A stretch of 64,000 bases of DNA from Octopus sinensis (taxonomy: Eukaryota): NCBI RefSeq assembly GCF_006345805.1, contig NC_043001.1, positions 93,434,001 to 93,498,000 on the forward strand, in the 5' to 3' direction. Under the pieces are notes generated by a model, which had not been told where the DNA came from, made no database searches, and saw nothing but the letters and a program-made list of their open reading frames with translations. Both the position numbers and the translations under genes were made by a program. Numbering within the stretch: the stretch's first letter is position 1; each line of letters starts with the position of its first letter. Shown here one piece after another: positions 54,030 through 64,000 of this stretch.

Positions 54030-54678
54030 CTTTTCTACTCTAGGCACAAGGCCCGAAATTTTGGGGGAGGAAGGGCAGCCGATTAGATCGACTCCAGTGC
54101 GCAACTGGTACTTAATTTATCGACCCTGAAAGGATGAAAGGCAAAGTCGACATTGGCGGAATTTGAACTCAGAACGTAAAGAAAGACGAAATACTGCTTA
54201 GCATTTCACCCGGCGTGTTAACTTTTCTTATTTCTCTACTGCCTACAAGGGGCTACACACAGAGGGGACAAACAAGGACAGACAAAAGGATTAAGTCGAT
54301 TATACCGACCCCAGTGCGTAACTGGTACTTATTTAATCGATCCCAGAAGGATGAAGGATAAAGTTGACCTCGGCGGAATTTGAACTCAGAACGAAAAGAA
54401 AAACGAAATACTGCTTAGCATTTCGCCCGGCGTGTTAACGTTTCTTATTTCTCTACTGCCCACAAGGGGCTACACACAGAGGGGACAAACAAGGACAGAC
54501 AAAAGGATTAAGTCAATTATACCGACCCCAGTGCGTAACTGGTACTTATTTAATCGACCCCGGAAGGATGAAAGGCAAAGTTGACCTCGGCGGAATTTGA
54601 ACTCAGAACGTAAAAGAAGACGAAATACTGCTTAGCATTTCGCCCGGCGTGCTAACGTTTCTGCCATCCCGCCGCCTT
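54030..54678 (-). mobile_element. SINE family B trimer with 16-bp TSD
   Basis: Three B-box/Nin units, two near-identical spacers, terminal cttttctactctaggcacaaggccc; TSD agtgtgttggaatatt 54014-29 / agtgcgttggaatatt 54679-94. Confidence 0.92.
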
Positions 54679-54976
54679 AGTGCGTTGGAATATTGTTGCT
54701 TGTGTTTACAACAGAGGGGGTACAGTGAGTGGGCTGAGCAGTGCAGTCTAGCATGCTGGGTAATCAGATTACTTCCTCTTGTTCAAGGATAATTTTGTAA
54801 AGGAAATAAAATGATAAATAAAATAATTAGCAAAAGAAAAATACAATGACTTCTAAAATTAGCTTATAATCAACATTAAAGCGATGGAAAATAAAAAAAC
54901 AAAAACAACGCAGAGCATTTAGCTTGACTCTGTCTTCTCAACCACCGTCAGTAACGCTAATAATGAATAAGAGTAA

Positions 54977-55198
54977 GGCTGTGGGTTGGCAGAGTCGTTA
55001 GCACGTCGGGAAAATGCTTAGCGGCATTTGTTCGTCCTTACGTTCTGAGTTCAAATTCCGCCGAGATTGGCTTTGCCCTTCATCTTTCTGTGGGAGGAGG
55101 AGGGGGTCGAAAAAATGAGTACCAGTTGATCAGTAGGGTCAATATAGTCGACTATTCCCTTTCACCGAAATTGCTGGCCTCGCGACGAAATTTGAAAG
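54977..55198 (+). mobile_element. SINE family B monomer
   Basis: ggttggcagagtcgttagcacgtcggg...cgttctgagttcaaattccgccgag...gggtcgaaaaaatgagtaccagttg...aaattgctggcctcg. Confidence 0.85.
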
Positions 55199-55254
55199 CA
55201 ATGATTAATATGGATCATAATGCTAATGATAACAGAAGTATTATCCGACCCAAG

Positions 55255-55445
55255 GTCATAAGGTATCGAAGTTGCCTTTCTAAAATGCTTCCATATAATT
55301 CTTCACAATATCTGAGTTCAGGTTGGTCTCGTTGTTTTCTGCAACATGTGGGTGCTGAAAAGGTTTGGGCTTTAAGGGTATCACTAAAGGCCTGGCTGGG
55401 GGCCCAAACTTCCGAGTTCTTTTACAAAGTTGAGTATGACTGAAG
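55255..55445 (+). pseudogene. Possible Tc1/mariner transposase fragment
   Basis: CFLQHVGA...KAWLGAQTSEFFYKVEY loosely resembles FQQDGAPAH...QAWL....PEF..K.EWP. Confidence 0.3.
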
Positions 55446-55901
55446 GACCATTGCAATAAGTGTATGAATCTGAGAGGGAAATATGTTGGATAAAATCACA
55501 ATTAACTTATCCTCCTGTATTTTCTTTTAAAGAAAATGAACTTTTCAGCACTGCTCGTATGTAGCGAAGTAATATTCCAATACTTCCTGCATGTACAGCA
55601 ACCTTGTTTAAGCAAAAGCTTGCATCCCCAAATCATTCAATTCGCGTGGAAACTTATCGGTTCATATATTATTTAGGACACTTAACACAAGACCCGGTTT
55701 AACAACACCGCATAAATGACCGTTGTTAGATTCAAGTTCATTTGTTGTTGTGCCAGCTTACGGAACAGTCTCTTATCACCCTGAGGTTCCATCAAATGTC
55801 ATGGTCACTTCCATTTCCTCTGTTGATTAGCATACACAAACAGACATGAATTCATACATACGCTTTCTCCCTCCCTCACACACACATAAAACATAAATAC
55901 G

Positions 55902-56008
<107 letters not shown>

Positions 56009-56025
56009 AATATATATATATATAT

Positions 56026-56056
<31 letters not shown>

Positions 56057-56185
56057 TAAATATACACACATATACATATATATGTATACATATACATATA
56101 TATATGTATATATATGTATATGTATACATATATATGTATACATATATATGTATATGTGTGTATATTTATATGTATATATATATAT

Positions 56186-56460
56186 GGTTATCCGTAATAA
56201 TGAGGGTGAAATTAATAATTTGGAATAATTATCAATTACACCAAGTAGTCTTCGGCATGTAAAAGCCCATTCGAGGAAAATTTAAGTATACTAAGCAATA
56301 AAGGGTTTAGCAACGATTGCCTTACCACATACCGAATTTAGAAATAGCAGTCAAAGGGTTATAGCTATTTCTTCTAAATAGCTATAACCCTTTGACTGCT
56401 ATTTCTAAATTCGGTATGTGGTAAGGCAATTCGTTGCTAAACCCTTTATTGCTTAGTATA
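56186..56460 (-). mobile_element. Fold-back element (84-bp arms + unique tail), relative of 4926-5300
   Basis: 56287-56370 is inverted relative to 56376-56460 (loop cttct, one indel); tail 56186-56286; embedded in (TA)n; shares ccacatac.gaa...ttagaaatagcag and cttggtg.aa.tgat...taattt..accctca with 4926-5300. Confidence 0.78.
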
Positions 56461-56469
56461 TATATATAT

Positions 56470-56513
<44 letters not shown>

Positions 56514-56706
56514 ATACATATATACACACATATACATATATATGTATACATATACATATATATACATATATATATATGTATATGTATACATATATATGTA
56601 TATGTGTGTATATTTTATGTATATATATATATATATGTATTATCTATGTATGTATGTATATATATGTATATATATATGTATGGATGTATGTATATACATA
56701 TGTATG

Positions 56707-56738
<32 letters not shown>

Positions 56739-56822
56739 AATATATACACATATACATAATATGTATACATTTACATATATATATATATACACGCACATAT
56801 ACATATATATGTATACATTTAC

Positions 56823-56905
<83 letters not shown>

Positions 56906-57679
56906 TCAGATATATATGTGTGCGTATGTTTGTCTCTGTGCCTGTGTCTTTGTATGCGTGCACGTGTGTAAATCGAATACTAGATAAATATTTAATCCTT
57001 ACTGCCTAGTTCTTTATCCATAGAATAATTCATAATTCATATGAGTTAAATGCTTATTTCCTACTGGAAGTCTCTAAGCTTTTGTTGAGGAGTAATTAAT
57101 GACTATTACTCAACAAAACAAGATCACTCATTAATCATGAGTCACATGTCTTAGAAATTCAATAAAGCCTATCGTATTCACCATGTGATTGGATTATTGA
57201 TAAAAATAAGAATAAAAAAAGAAATTAAGTACAAATGCAAATATAATCAAAACAACCACCTCTGCAACAAAATAAATCAACTGATAAACCATTATTATCA
57301 TATTCTAATCAACCTATAGCCATTGTAACCATTACTACACAAGCGGAAGGAAAAATAAGAAGAACGAAAAAACCAACTACAACTGAAGCTACAAAGAATT
57401 AAAGTTAACGGATTCAAAGAACTTTAAAGAATCATATTGTGTCATTTTGTATTCGATGCATAAATATGGAAAAAGGTTTGCGCATATTGACAAATATCAA
57501 CGCATCAAACAAACATTGTTGCATAATGATTAGGCATCTTTGTGAAATATAGACGGATTAAATAAATGATTTGTCATTGAAACCTGCCTTGAATGCGTTT
57601 GCTGAGATATTAAGCATAAATTTTGCAACTAAATAAACTCGATACAAGATTTGGTAAAGACGCTCAATCACGAGCCTTT

Positions 57680-57779
57680 NNNNNNNNNNNNNNNNNNNNN
57701 NNNNNNNNNNNNNNNNNNNNNNNNNNNNNNNNNNNNNNNNNNNNNNNNNNNNNNNNNNNNNNNNNNNNNNNNNNNNNNN
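57680..57779. other. Assembly gap (100 N)
   Basis: Run of N; round length suggests a gap of unknown size. Confidence 0.99.
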
Positions 57780-57790
57780 ATATATATATA

Positions 57791-57953
57791 TACGACGGAC
57801 TTCTTTCAGTTTCCGTCTACCAAATCCACTCACAAGGCTTTGGTCGGCCCGAGGCTATAGTAGAAGACACTTGCCCAAGATTCCACGCTGTGGGACTGAA
57901 CCCGGAACCATGTGGTTGGTAAGCAAGCTACTTACCACACAGCGACTCCTACG
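57791..57953 (-). mobile_element. SINE family A, 5' half (remainder probably lost in the gap)
   Basis: tacgacggacttctttcagtttccgtctaccaaatcc...gggactgaacccggaaccatgtggttggtaagcaagctacttaccacacagcgactcct. Confidence 0.88.
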
Positions 57954-58694
57954 GTTATGAGTTTACATACAAACAGAGATGCAAACATGTGTGATTTCAA
58001 ATCAGTCGTATGTTCGGTGGTGCGAATATTTTACTCTAGCCAGTATTCCATGGCAAAAATTCTACCTAATATATAAAATGATAATTAACAGATTAAAGAC
58101 TTTTGCACAGTTTCCGCCTACCGAATTTCACTGACAATTTGTCGAACAGCCTGAAGCTACAACAGAAGACATTTGCCTAAGGAGACACTCACATACGCCT
58201 GCGACACAAGCGTATTAACCAAATGGCTATTTTAAAATCGGTATGATGCAACATACGTACATCAATTTTATACGTCTCATTCTTTGCTGTGTATAATTAC
58301 ATAAACTCATATATTATTCATTATACACACATACACAATGTATATTTAACGTTTAAACACTTTTATGATAAATACAAAGCCAAACACAGACAGAAACACA
58401 TATAGATGCACACTCGTACACATACATTTCGCACATATGGATACACCGCACAGCTATTCATTTATTAAACATACAAATACATGTATTGACAAAATGTGGA
58501 GACGTTTATGTATTCTCAATATTTACAGACCTTTTCATAAGCGCCCGCAGCATATAATCTGCATTACATAGACAATCTAATATTTCTTTACACAGCTGCT
58601 CCAGTCCTCTGTTGTCAAAGAAATTGGTCGCCAAAAAGATTTCGGTTTTGACCAGTTTTTCTTCGCTGTGTGCGTCTAGGCCAAGACAAGTCTA

Positions 58695-58726
<32 letters not shown>

Positions 58727-58950
58727 TACTACTAACTACGACGACGACGACGACGACAGCGACGACGACCACTACTAATGCAGCTGCAGCTGCTGCTACT
58801 ACTACTACTACTACTACTACTACTAATGCCACTACCACAGCTGCTGCTACTACTACAATTACTACTACTACTAATATAGCTGCTACTGCGGCTGCAACAC
58901 CTCCTCTTTCTCTTTCACCTATCATCACCACCACCACCATCACCGAGCCC

Positions 58951-59005
<55 letters not shown>

Positions 59006-59008
59006 TAC
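58695..59008. repeat. Compound trinucleotide microsatellite (TAC/GAC/GCT/CAC)
   Basis: Source of the poly-T/poly-L pseudo-ORFs. Confidence 0.93.
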
Positions 59009-59423
59009 TTAGTGACACGATAAAGCTTATAATCCATTTTATCCTTCCTTTAACATGTGTTACTCTGATAGGAAAATGAAATGCTGCTCTTCATGTTAAA
59101 GTAATTACTACATTTGTTTTGCATTTACTATTCGGACATTCTTTGCTTTTACACGCATAGTGTACCCTAGAAAAAGCAATACAATATGTGCCTTATTTTT
59201 ATGGTCAAAATTTGCAGGTTGAATCAAAAGATTTTTCGTATAATAGTTTAAATATAACTTTAGAGGGACTTAGAAATAATAATATTTTTCTAAGTCTCTC
59301 TAGGGGGGACTACGGCAGCGGTACTGGATATTAATAGTTATCATCAAGCTAATATGGCAGTCCGTAGATATTTGACGAAAGCTGCCGTTGATTAGCTCCA
59401 AGAGGCCATCGCCTCTAGCTAGC

Positions 59424-59482
59424 TATATGACACACGAACCTGTGTAGAAGGTTATAATGGACACAGGTTCGTGTGTCATATA
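59424..59482. repeat. Perfect 22-bp inverted repeat
   Basis: tatatgacacacgaacctgtgt (59424-45) / acacaggttcgtgtgtcatata (59461-82). Confidence 0.88.
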
Positions 59483-59706
59483 ATGTGTTCATAATGTGTT
59501 CATACATTATACCGGAACGTAACTTGTAATCAGCCATATAATGATCAGGTTGTTTGTTTCCTTTAGTATGTACGCCTACACGAGGAATTATTCATAATCC
59601 CTATAAACTCTCACCACATTTGCTACTGAGTCACTAAGAGTTTTAAAGTATTGTTTTCTCTCTTCGAATCAAAAGGAAGTTTGAAAATTAACTATGTATT
59701 CTGTCG

Positions 59707-59765
59707 AATTAATTATCAAAAGTTATACCACTGACTTAAATTAATTATCAAAAGTTATACCACTG
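59707..59765. repeat. 27-bp direct duplication
   Basis: aattaattatcaaaagttataccactg at 59707-33 and 59739-65. Confidence 0.9.
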
Positions 59766-60189
59766 TTCTCTTTCAGTTACAGCTATCTCTACACACACAT
59801 ACACACACACACACATATGCACGTGTGTGTGTGCATGTATATATATGTATATATATATATATTTGAGTATATAAATATATCCATACACACACAACATACA
59901 TATATATATACACACACACACACACATATATATATATATCTATATATATATATATATAATATATATATATTATATATGCATATATACATATGCTTTTCTC
60001 TATATGTGTGGAGCTACGAGTGAGGAAAGAGAGAAACAACTCATTCGTTTTAGAAATGGTACATAATATTATATTCCATCATTATTTCGTCAAACAATCA
60101 GAGACCATGTGTCCTGTCAAAACGTTATAAGTCTGTCTATATCTATACTTCTCTCTATATATACTATAAGTTTATGTGTGTGTCTATGT

Positions 60190-60232
<43 letters not shown>

Positions 60233-61479
60233 GCATCCATTTATCTTTTGCTCTTTCTTTTCTTGTCTTTCTCTGTATATGTTGTTGTGTGTATAAGGTG
60301 TATAAATATGTGCATATGTGCATACATTGCAAAATTTCACCCACACACCCAAACGGATGTAGATACTCTTAATGTCCTCAACGCTATCCAAAACATATAT
60401 GATAAATCTTGCGTATAAACATTAGACCGGTTTCTTATTGTCTAGAAACACATGATTAGACATATATGTAAATATACGTATACGCCAACAATATCTTGCT
60501 GTGGGATATTGTTAAACAAATGATAATGAAACAGAATACGCCAGACATCTACTTCAATATAGGATTCAGTCACTTGTTTAGATTCTCGAGACGATGTAAA
60601 GCACCAGATATGTCCTTTAATTATTGTTGTTTCAATAGATATTTCTTGTTTGAATTCATTCGACTGTAACGATGAACATCTATCATTTCTATCGTGAGTT
60701 CTTCATTTTGTTACGGACAATGCTCACCGAGCGACTCCGCTAACTGCGCATTCTTTTTCCTCTTGTAAACTAAAATCCTTTATGTGCAGAAACACCATAA
60801 ATACTTTATTTCTAAAGCACTAGTGCTAATGTTTGTAAATGTCTGTCTGTATAATATTCCAACATCGGATATCCTAAGCAAATAGTAAAAATATATGAAC
60901 TATTTAGCTTTTCTGTAAACTCACCATTCTATAATTGCCACTTGTTCTGTAGAAGAGAAATGCAGGATAAAAAAGAAAATCCTTGGAAAAACATGACCAA
61001 AATATTTTCTTTTGTTGAATACATCAAATTATATGGTGTGTAAATAAAAATCATATTTTTATTGGTTATGCTTTCAAGTAGGTGTAAGAAGAAAGAAGAC
61101 CATGTATGAGGTAAGGTTGGCAATGGATGCTTATATGTTTCAATATTTGCATGTATATATGTATATGTGTACGTATGCATGTTCTGAAGGTATAAATGTA
61201 TTTCGCCAGGTGTGCTAAAGATTCTGCCAGCGTACTTCATTCTATTATAATGACTATAGAAATGTGGTAGCCCTTAATTATTTTTGTCCTTCATAATGCA
61301 ACATTAAAAAGAGCCCGTAGGTTTAAAGCTCTTGAATAATCTTGGCTTCCTAGAAAAATTTGAAATTTATTCCCAAATACCATACCAACATAAGATTTAC
61401 CTTCAGAAGGATGCTGAAAAACGCTTTCATTCTACTACACATGAAGCGAGTTCAATAAAGTGGCAAGCTAACATCAACT

Positions 61480-61670
61480 CGGTGAAAAACCTTCCAACTT
61501 ATTTTCATATACCTATGTACGAATTAATTTCATTCTTGGAGGTTCGTGCATTAATCTTCAATCATTTAGTGACCGCCTGCGAAATGCCTAGAGAATGTTT
61601 TTAATAGCTGAAACAGATCAGAACGCTTGTGCAGCTGCGTCTCATTGAAAGATCTATATCTGTCTGAATA
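61480..61670 (+). pseudogene. Possible hAT transposase C-terminal dimerisation-domain remnant
   Basis: IPMYELISFLEVRALIFNHLVTAC..RMF / LKQIRTLVQLRL across frameshifts resembles P.L..LA...L..P.STA..ERSFS.LK.IKT..R.RL. Confidence 0.4.
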
Positions 61671-61823
61671 TTCTGCGGCGTGATTGTTACAAATGTCAAG
61701 CTCGTAATATTAGCTTTGTCAGGTAGAAGAAAAAGAAACAATTTTCAAAGTCTCTAACACCTAAAGAGAACCAATGAGTGCTTTCATACGGTCAGCAATA
61801 AGTGGCTATATACCTTCCGGGTT

Positions 61824-61856
<33 letters not shown>

Positions 61857-62486
61857 TGAGAGAGGAGAGGAGAGAGAGGAGAGAGAGAGAGAGATGAGAG
61901 AGAGAGAGGGGAGAGAGAGGAAGAAGCGTAGTTTATCGAAAACTTTGCTGTTCACTTTCTTTAAAAGGGTTCATTGACATGGGTGGTTTCGAAATTTTTA
62001 TAGCGGAATACGTTGCGTGTAGCGAAAGGTTTCTGACTAAAATATATAAAATTACGATATCAATGTCTCCAGTTAAATTGACTTTAGTAGTCAAGAAATA
62101 TTCTGAATGGATTCAATGAGAAAAGATCGCTTGCACAGCCAAATATATTTCCTTGAACTACCTGACTTCTATTTAAACATCATTGTTGGTTTTTCCATTT
62201 CTGAGCAAACAGTCGTCTGGTAAAGTTAAATAAAGGACCCCCTCCACCAAATAGTGTTGGAGTTTTGCTCTCTGGTCTTACTAAAAATCAATATGGTTAG
62301 AGTCCTCTCTAATCTCTCGCCAGATATTAAACCTGTAATTACGAAAATGTTATTCAGGAAGGAAAATAAGAAAAGATGACTAGATTTGTGTTCTTAGACA
62401 ATTGTCGAGCAGCATTACTCTATTTCCTCCTACGTCCTCTCGTGCTCTATCAACCTCATTTCTCCCTCACAATACATTCCTGCTTG

Positions 62487-63066
62487 AAGGTGGTGAAATG
62501 CCTCGCGGTATTTCGTCTGCCGTTACGTTCTGAGTTCAAATTCTACCGTGTTTGACTTTGCCTTCTTTCATCCTTTCGGAGTCGATAAATTAAGTACCAA
62601 TTACGCACTGGGGTCGATGTAATCGACTTAATCTCTTTGTCTGTCCTTGCTTGTTCTCTCTGTGTTTAGCTCCTTGTGGGTAGTAAAGAAATAGGTATTT
62701 CGTCTGCCGTTACGTTCTGAGTTCAAATTCCACCGTGGTCGACTTTGCCTTCGGGGTCGATAAATTAAGTGTCAGTTACGCACTGGGGTCGATGTAATCG
62801 ACTTAATCCGTTGGTCTGCCCTTGTTTGTCCCCTCTATGTTTAGCCCCTTGTGGACAATAAAAAAATAAGAAACGTTAGCACACCGGGCCAAATGCTTAG
62901 CGGTATTTCACCTGTCTTTATGTTCCGAGTTCGAATTTCACCGAGTTCGACTTTGCCTTTCATCCTTTTGGAGTCGATAAATTAGGTACCAGTTGCGTAC
63001 TTGGGGCGATCAATTCGACTGGCTCCCCCCAAAATTTCGAGCCTTGTGCCTAGAGTAGAAAAGAAC
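62487..63066 (+). mobile_element. SINE family B trimer with TSD
   Basis: Three B-box/Nin units, two spacers, terminal gccttgtgcctagagtagaaaagaa; attcctgctt at 62476-85 and 63069-78. Confidence 0.9.
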
Positions 63067-63311
63067 ATATTCCTGCTTCATAAAATGTATCTTAGAATTC
63101 TGCAATTAAACGACTCAAAGTAACTGAATGTTGGCTTTAGGAACTCTGTCAACTATTTGGTCACTATATTTCTCCAACTCACTACTCTAAAGCAGATATG
63201 GTACTTACGATATCTTGGAGCTTGATGAAGCAAACCAGCGGGAAAAAATAAGCATTATACTCTACATATACGTACTGAATAGCTTTTCAGTAAAAGTTTT
63301 ACTCTATTATA

Positions 63312-63382
<71 letters not shown>

Positions 63383-63388
<6 letters not shown>

Positions 63389-63510
63389 ATCACGTGACCG
63401 AAGAAGAATACTCTGTTGTTGATGTTGAAATTCCAATAAAGGAAACTTGGATCTAGGTTAGAAACCTGTTCTTTCTCTGCTGGCAAGAAATCGTGAAATA
63501 AACTGAATGA
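63383..63510 (+). repeat. Short dispersed repeat, copy 2 (see 746-850)
   Basis: Begins tcacgtgatcacgtgacc directly after (TA)n; remainder matches 751-845. Confidence 0.65.
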
Positions 63511-64000
63511 TCACAAACATACATCCCTACGTACATACATGCTTTAGTACGTACGTTCGTGTGTGTGTATGTGTTTCTGTGTGCGTGTATATATTAACAA
63601 CCAACAGCGTATTCTTCCCTCAAAGAAAACAACAACCACAAAAAAAGAGTATCTACGGAGAAATATATCTAACGAACAGAAAACAAACGCTCATCACCTT
63701 AGAATATGCCCGCGTTGTCGTTGTTACTTACTCTTCATGGAGTAGTTCTATCATTAAAAGGAATCTCAATAACACCAATTTTTCAGATATATACTTGGTC
63801 TACATGAGATTTTATGTATGCATTACTTCTACTACTAATAGTTAAAGTTATCGCGTACGTGTCTCACACTACACTGTTATCATTTCTGTAAATATTAATG
63901 CCTACTTTTATTTTATGAGGCATCTCATACGTCATCCACGAAGTCTGGTCAGTTATTTCCTGAGCCAAGACATATTGGTTCCTATTTGTTGCAAGCATTA

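Noticed and set aside
58595-58680. Short open stretch after a ttacacag acceptor-like site
   Set aside because: No recognisable protein similarity or convincing donor; it abuts a microsatellite.
63382-63398. Double E-box palindrome tcacgtgatcacgtga
   Set aside because: It lies at the end of a dispersed repeat next to (TA)n; no independent evidence of regulatory function.

Overview
AT-rich, microsatellite-saturated eukaryotic non-coding DNA (intergenic or large intron). It is most likely from an octopus or other coleoid cephalopod; this is inferred from the SINE families and (TA)n/(TATC)n/(CA)n load, not from a search. I found no supportable host protein-coding exon, and nearly all ORF-track entries are translated microsatellites or antisense SINE. 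The window holds: (i) three tRNA-headed SINE types, labelled here A (tRNA + CORE-like + microsatellite linker + second module + LINE-type tail), B (tRNA + Nin/Deu-like domain, including three trimeric insertions) and C (tRNA + CORE); (ii) decayed remnants of a mariner, a CR1-group LINE, an R4/Dong-type RLE retroelement, a Penelope RT, and probable hAT, RTE and Tc1 pieces; (iii) a set of short non-coding cassettes, mostly in or beside (TA)n tracts, with minimal type I hammerhead ribozyme motifs. One has a canonical core (10885-10971), three in apparently different families share a non-canonical CCGACGA (U4C) core, and others are decayed. Several are long fold-back hairpins with a unique tail, typical of Penelope-like pLTR products. 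The 3' tail of SINE A matches the 3' end of the CR1-group LINE remnant in the same window. There is a 100-N assembly gap at 57680-57779. All folds and alignments were done by eye.
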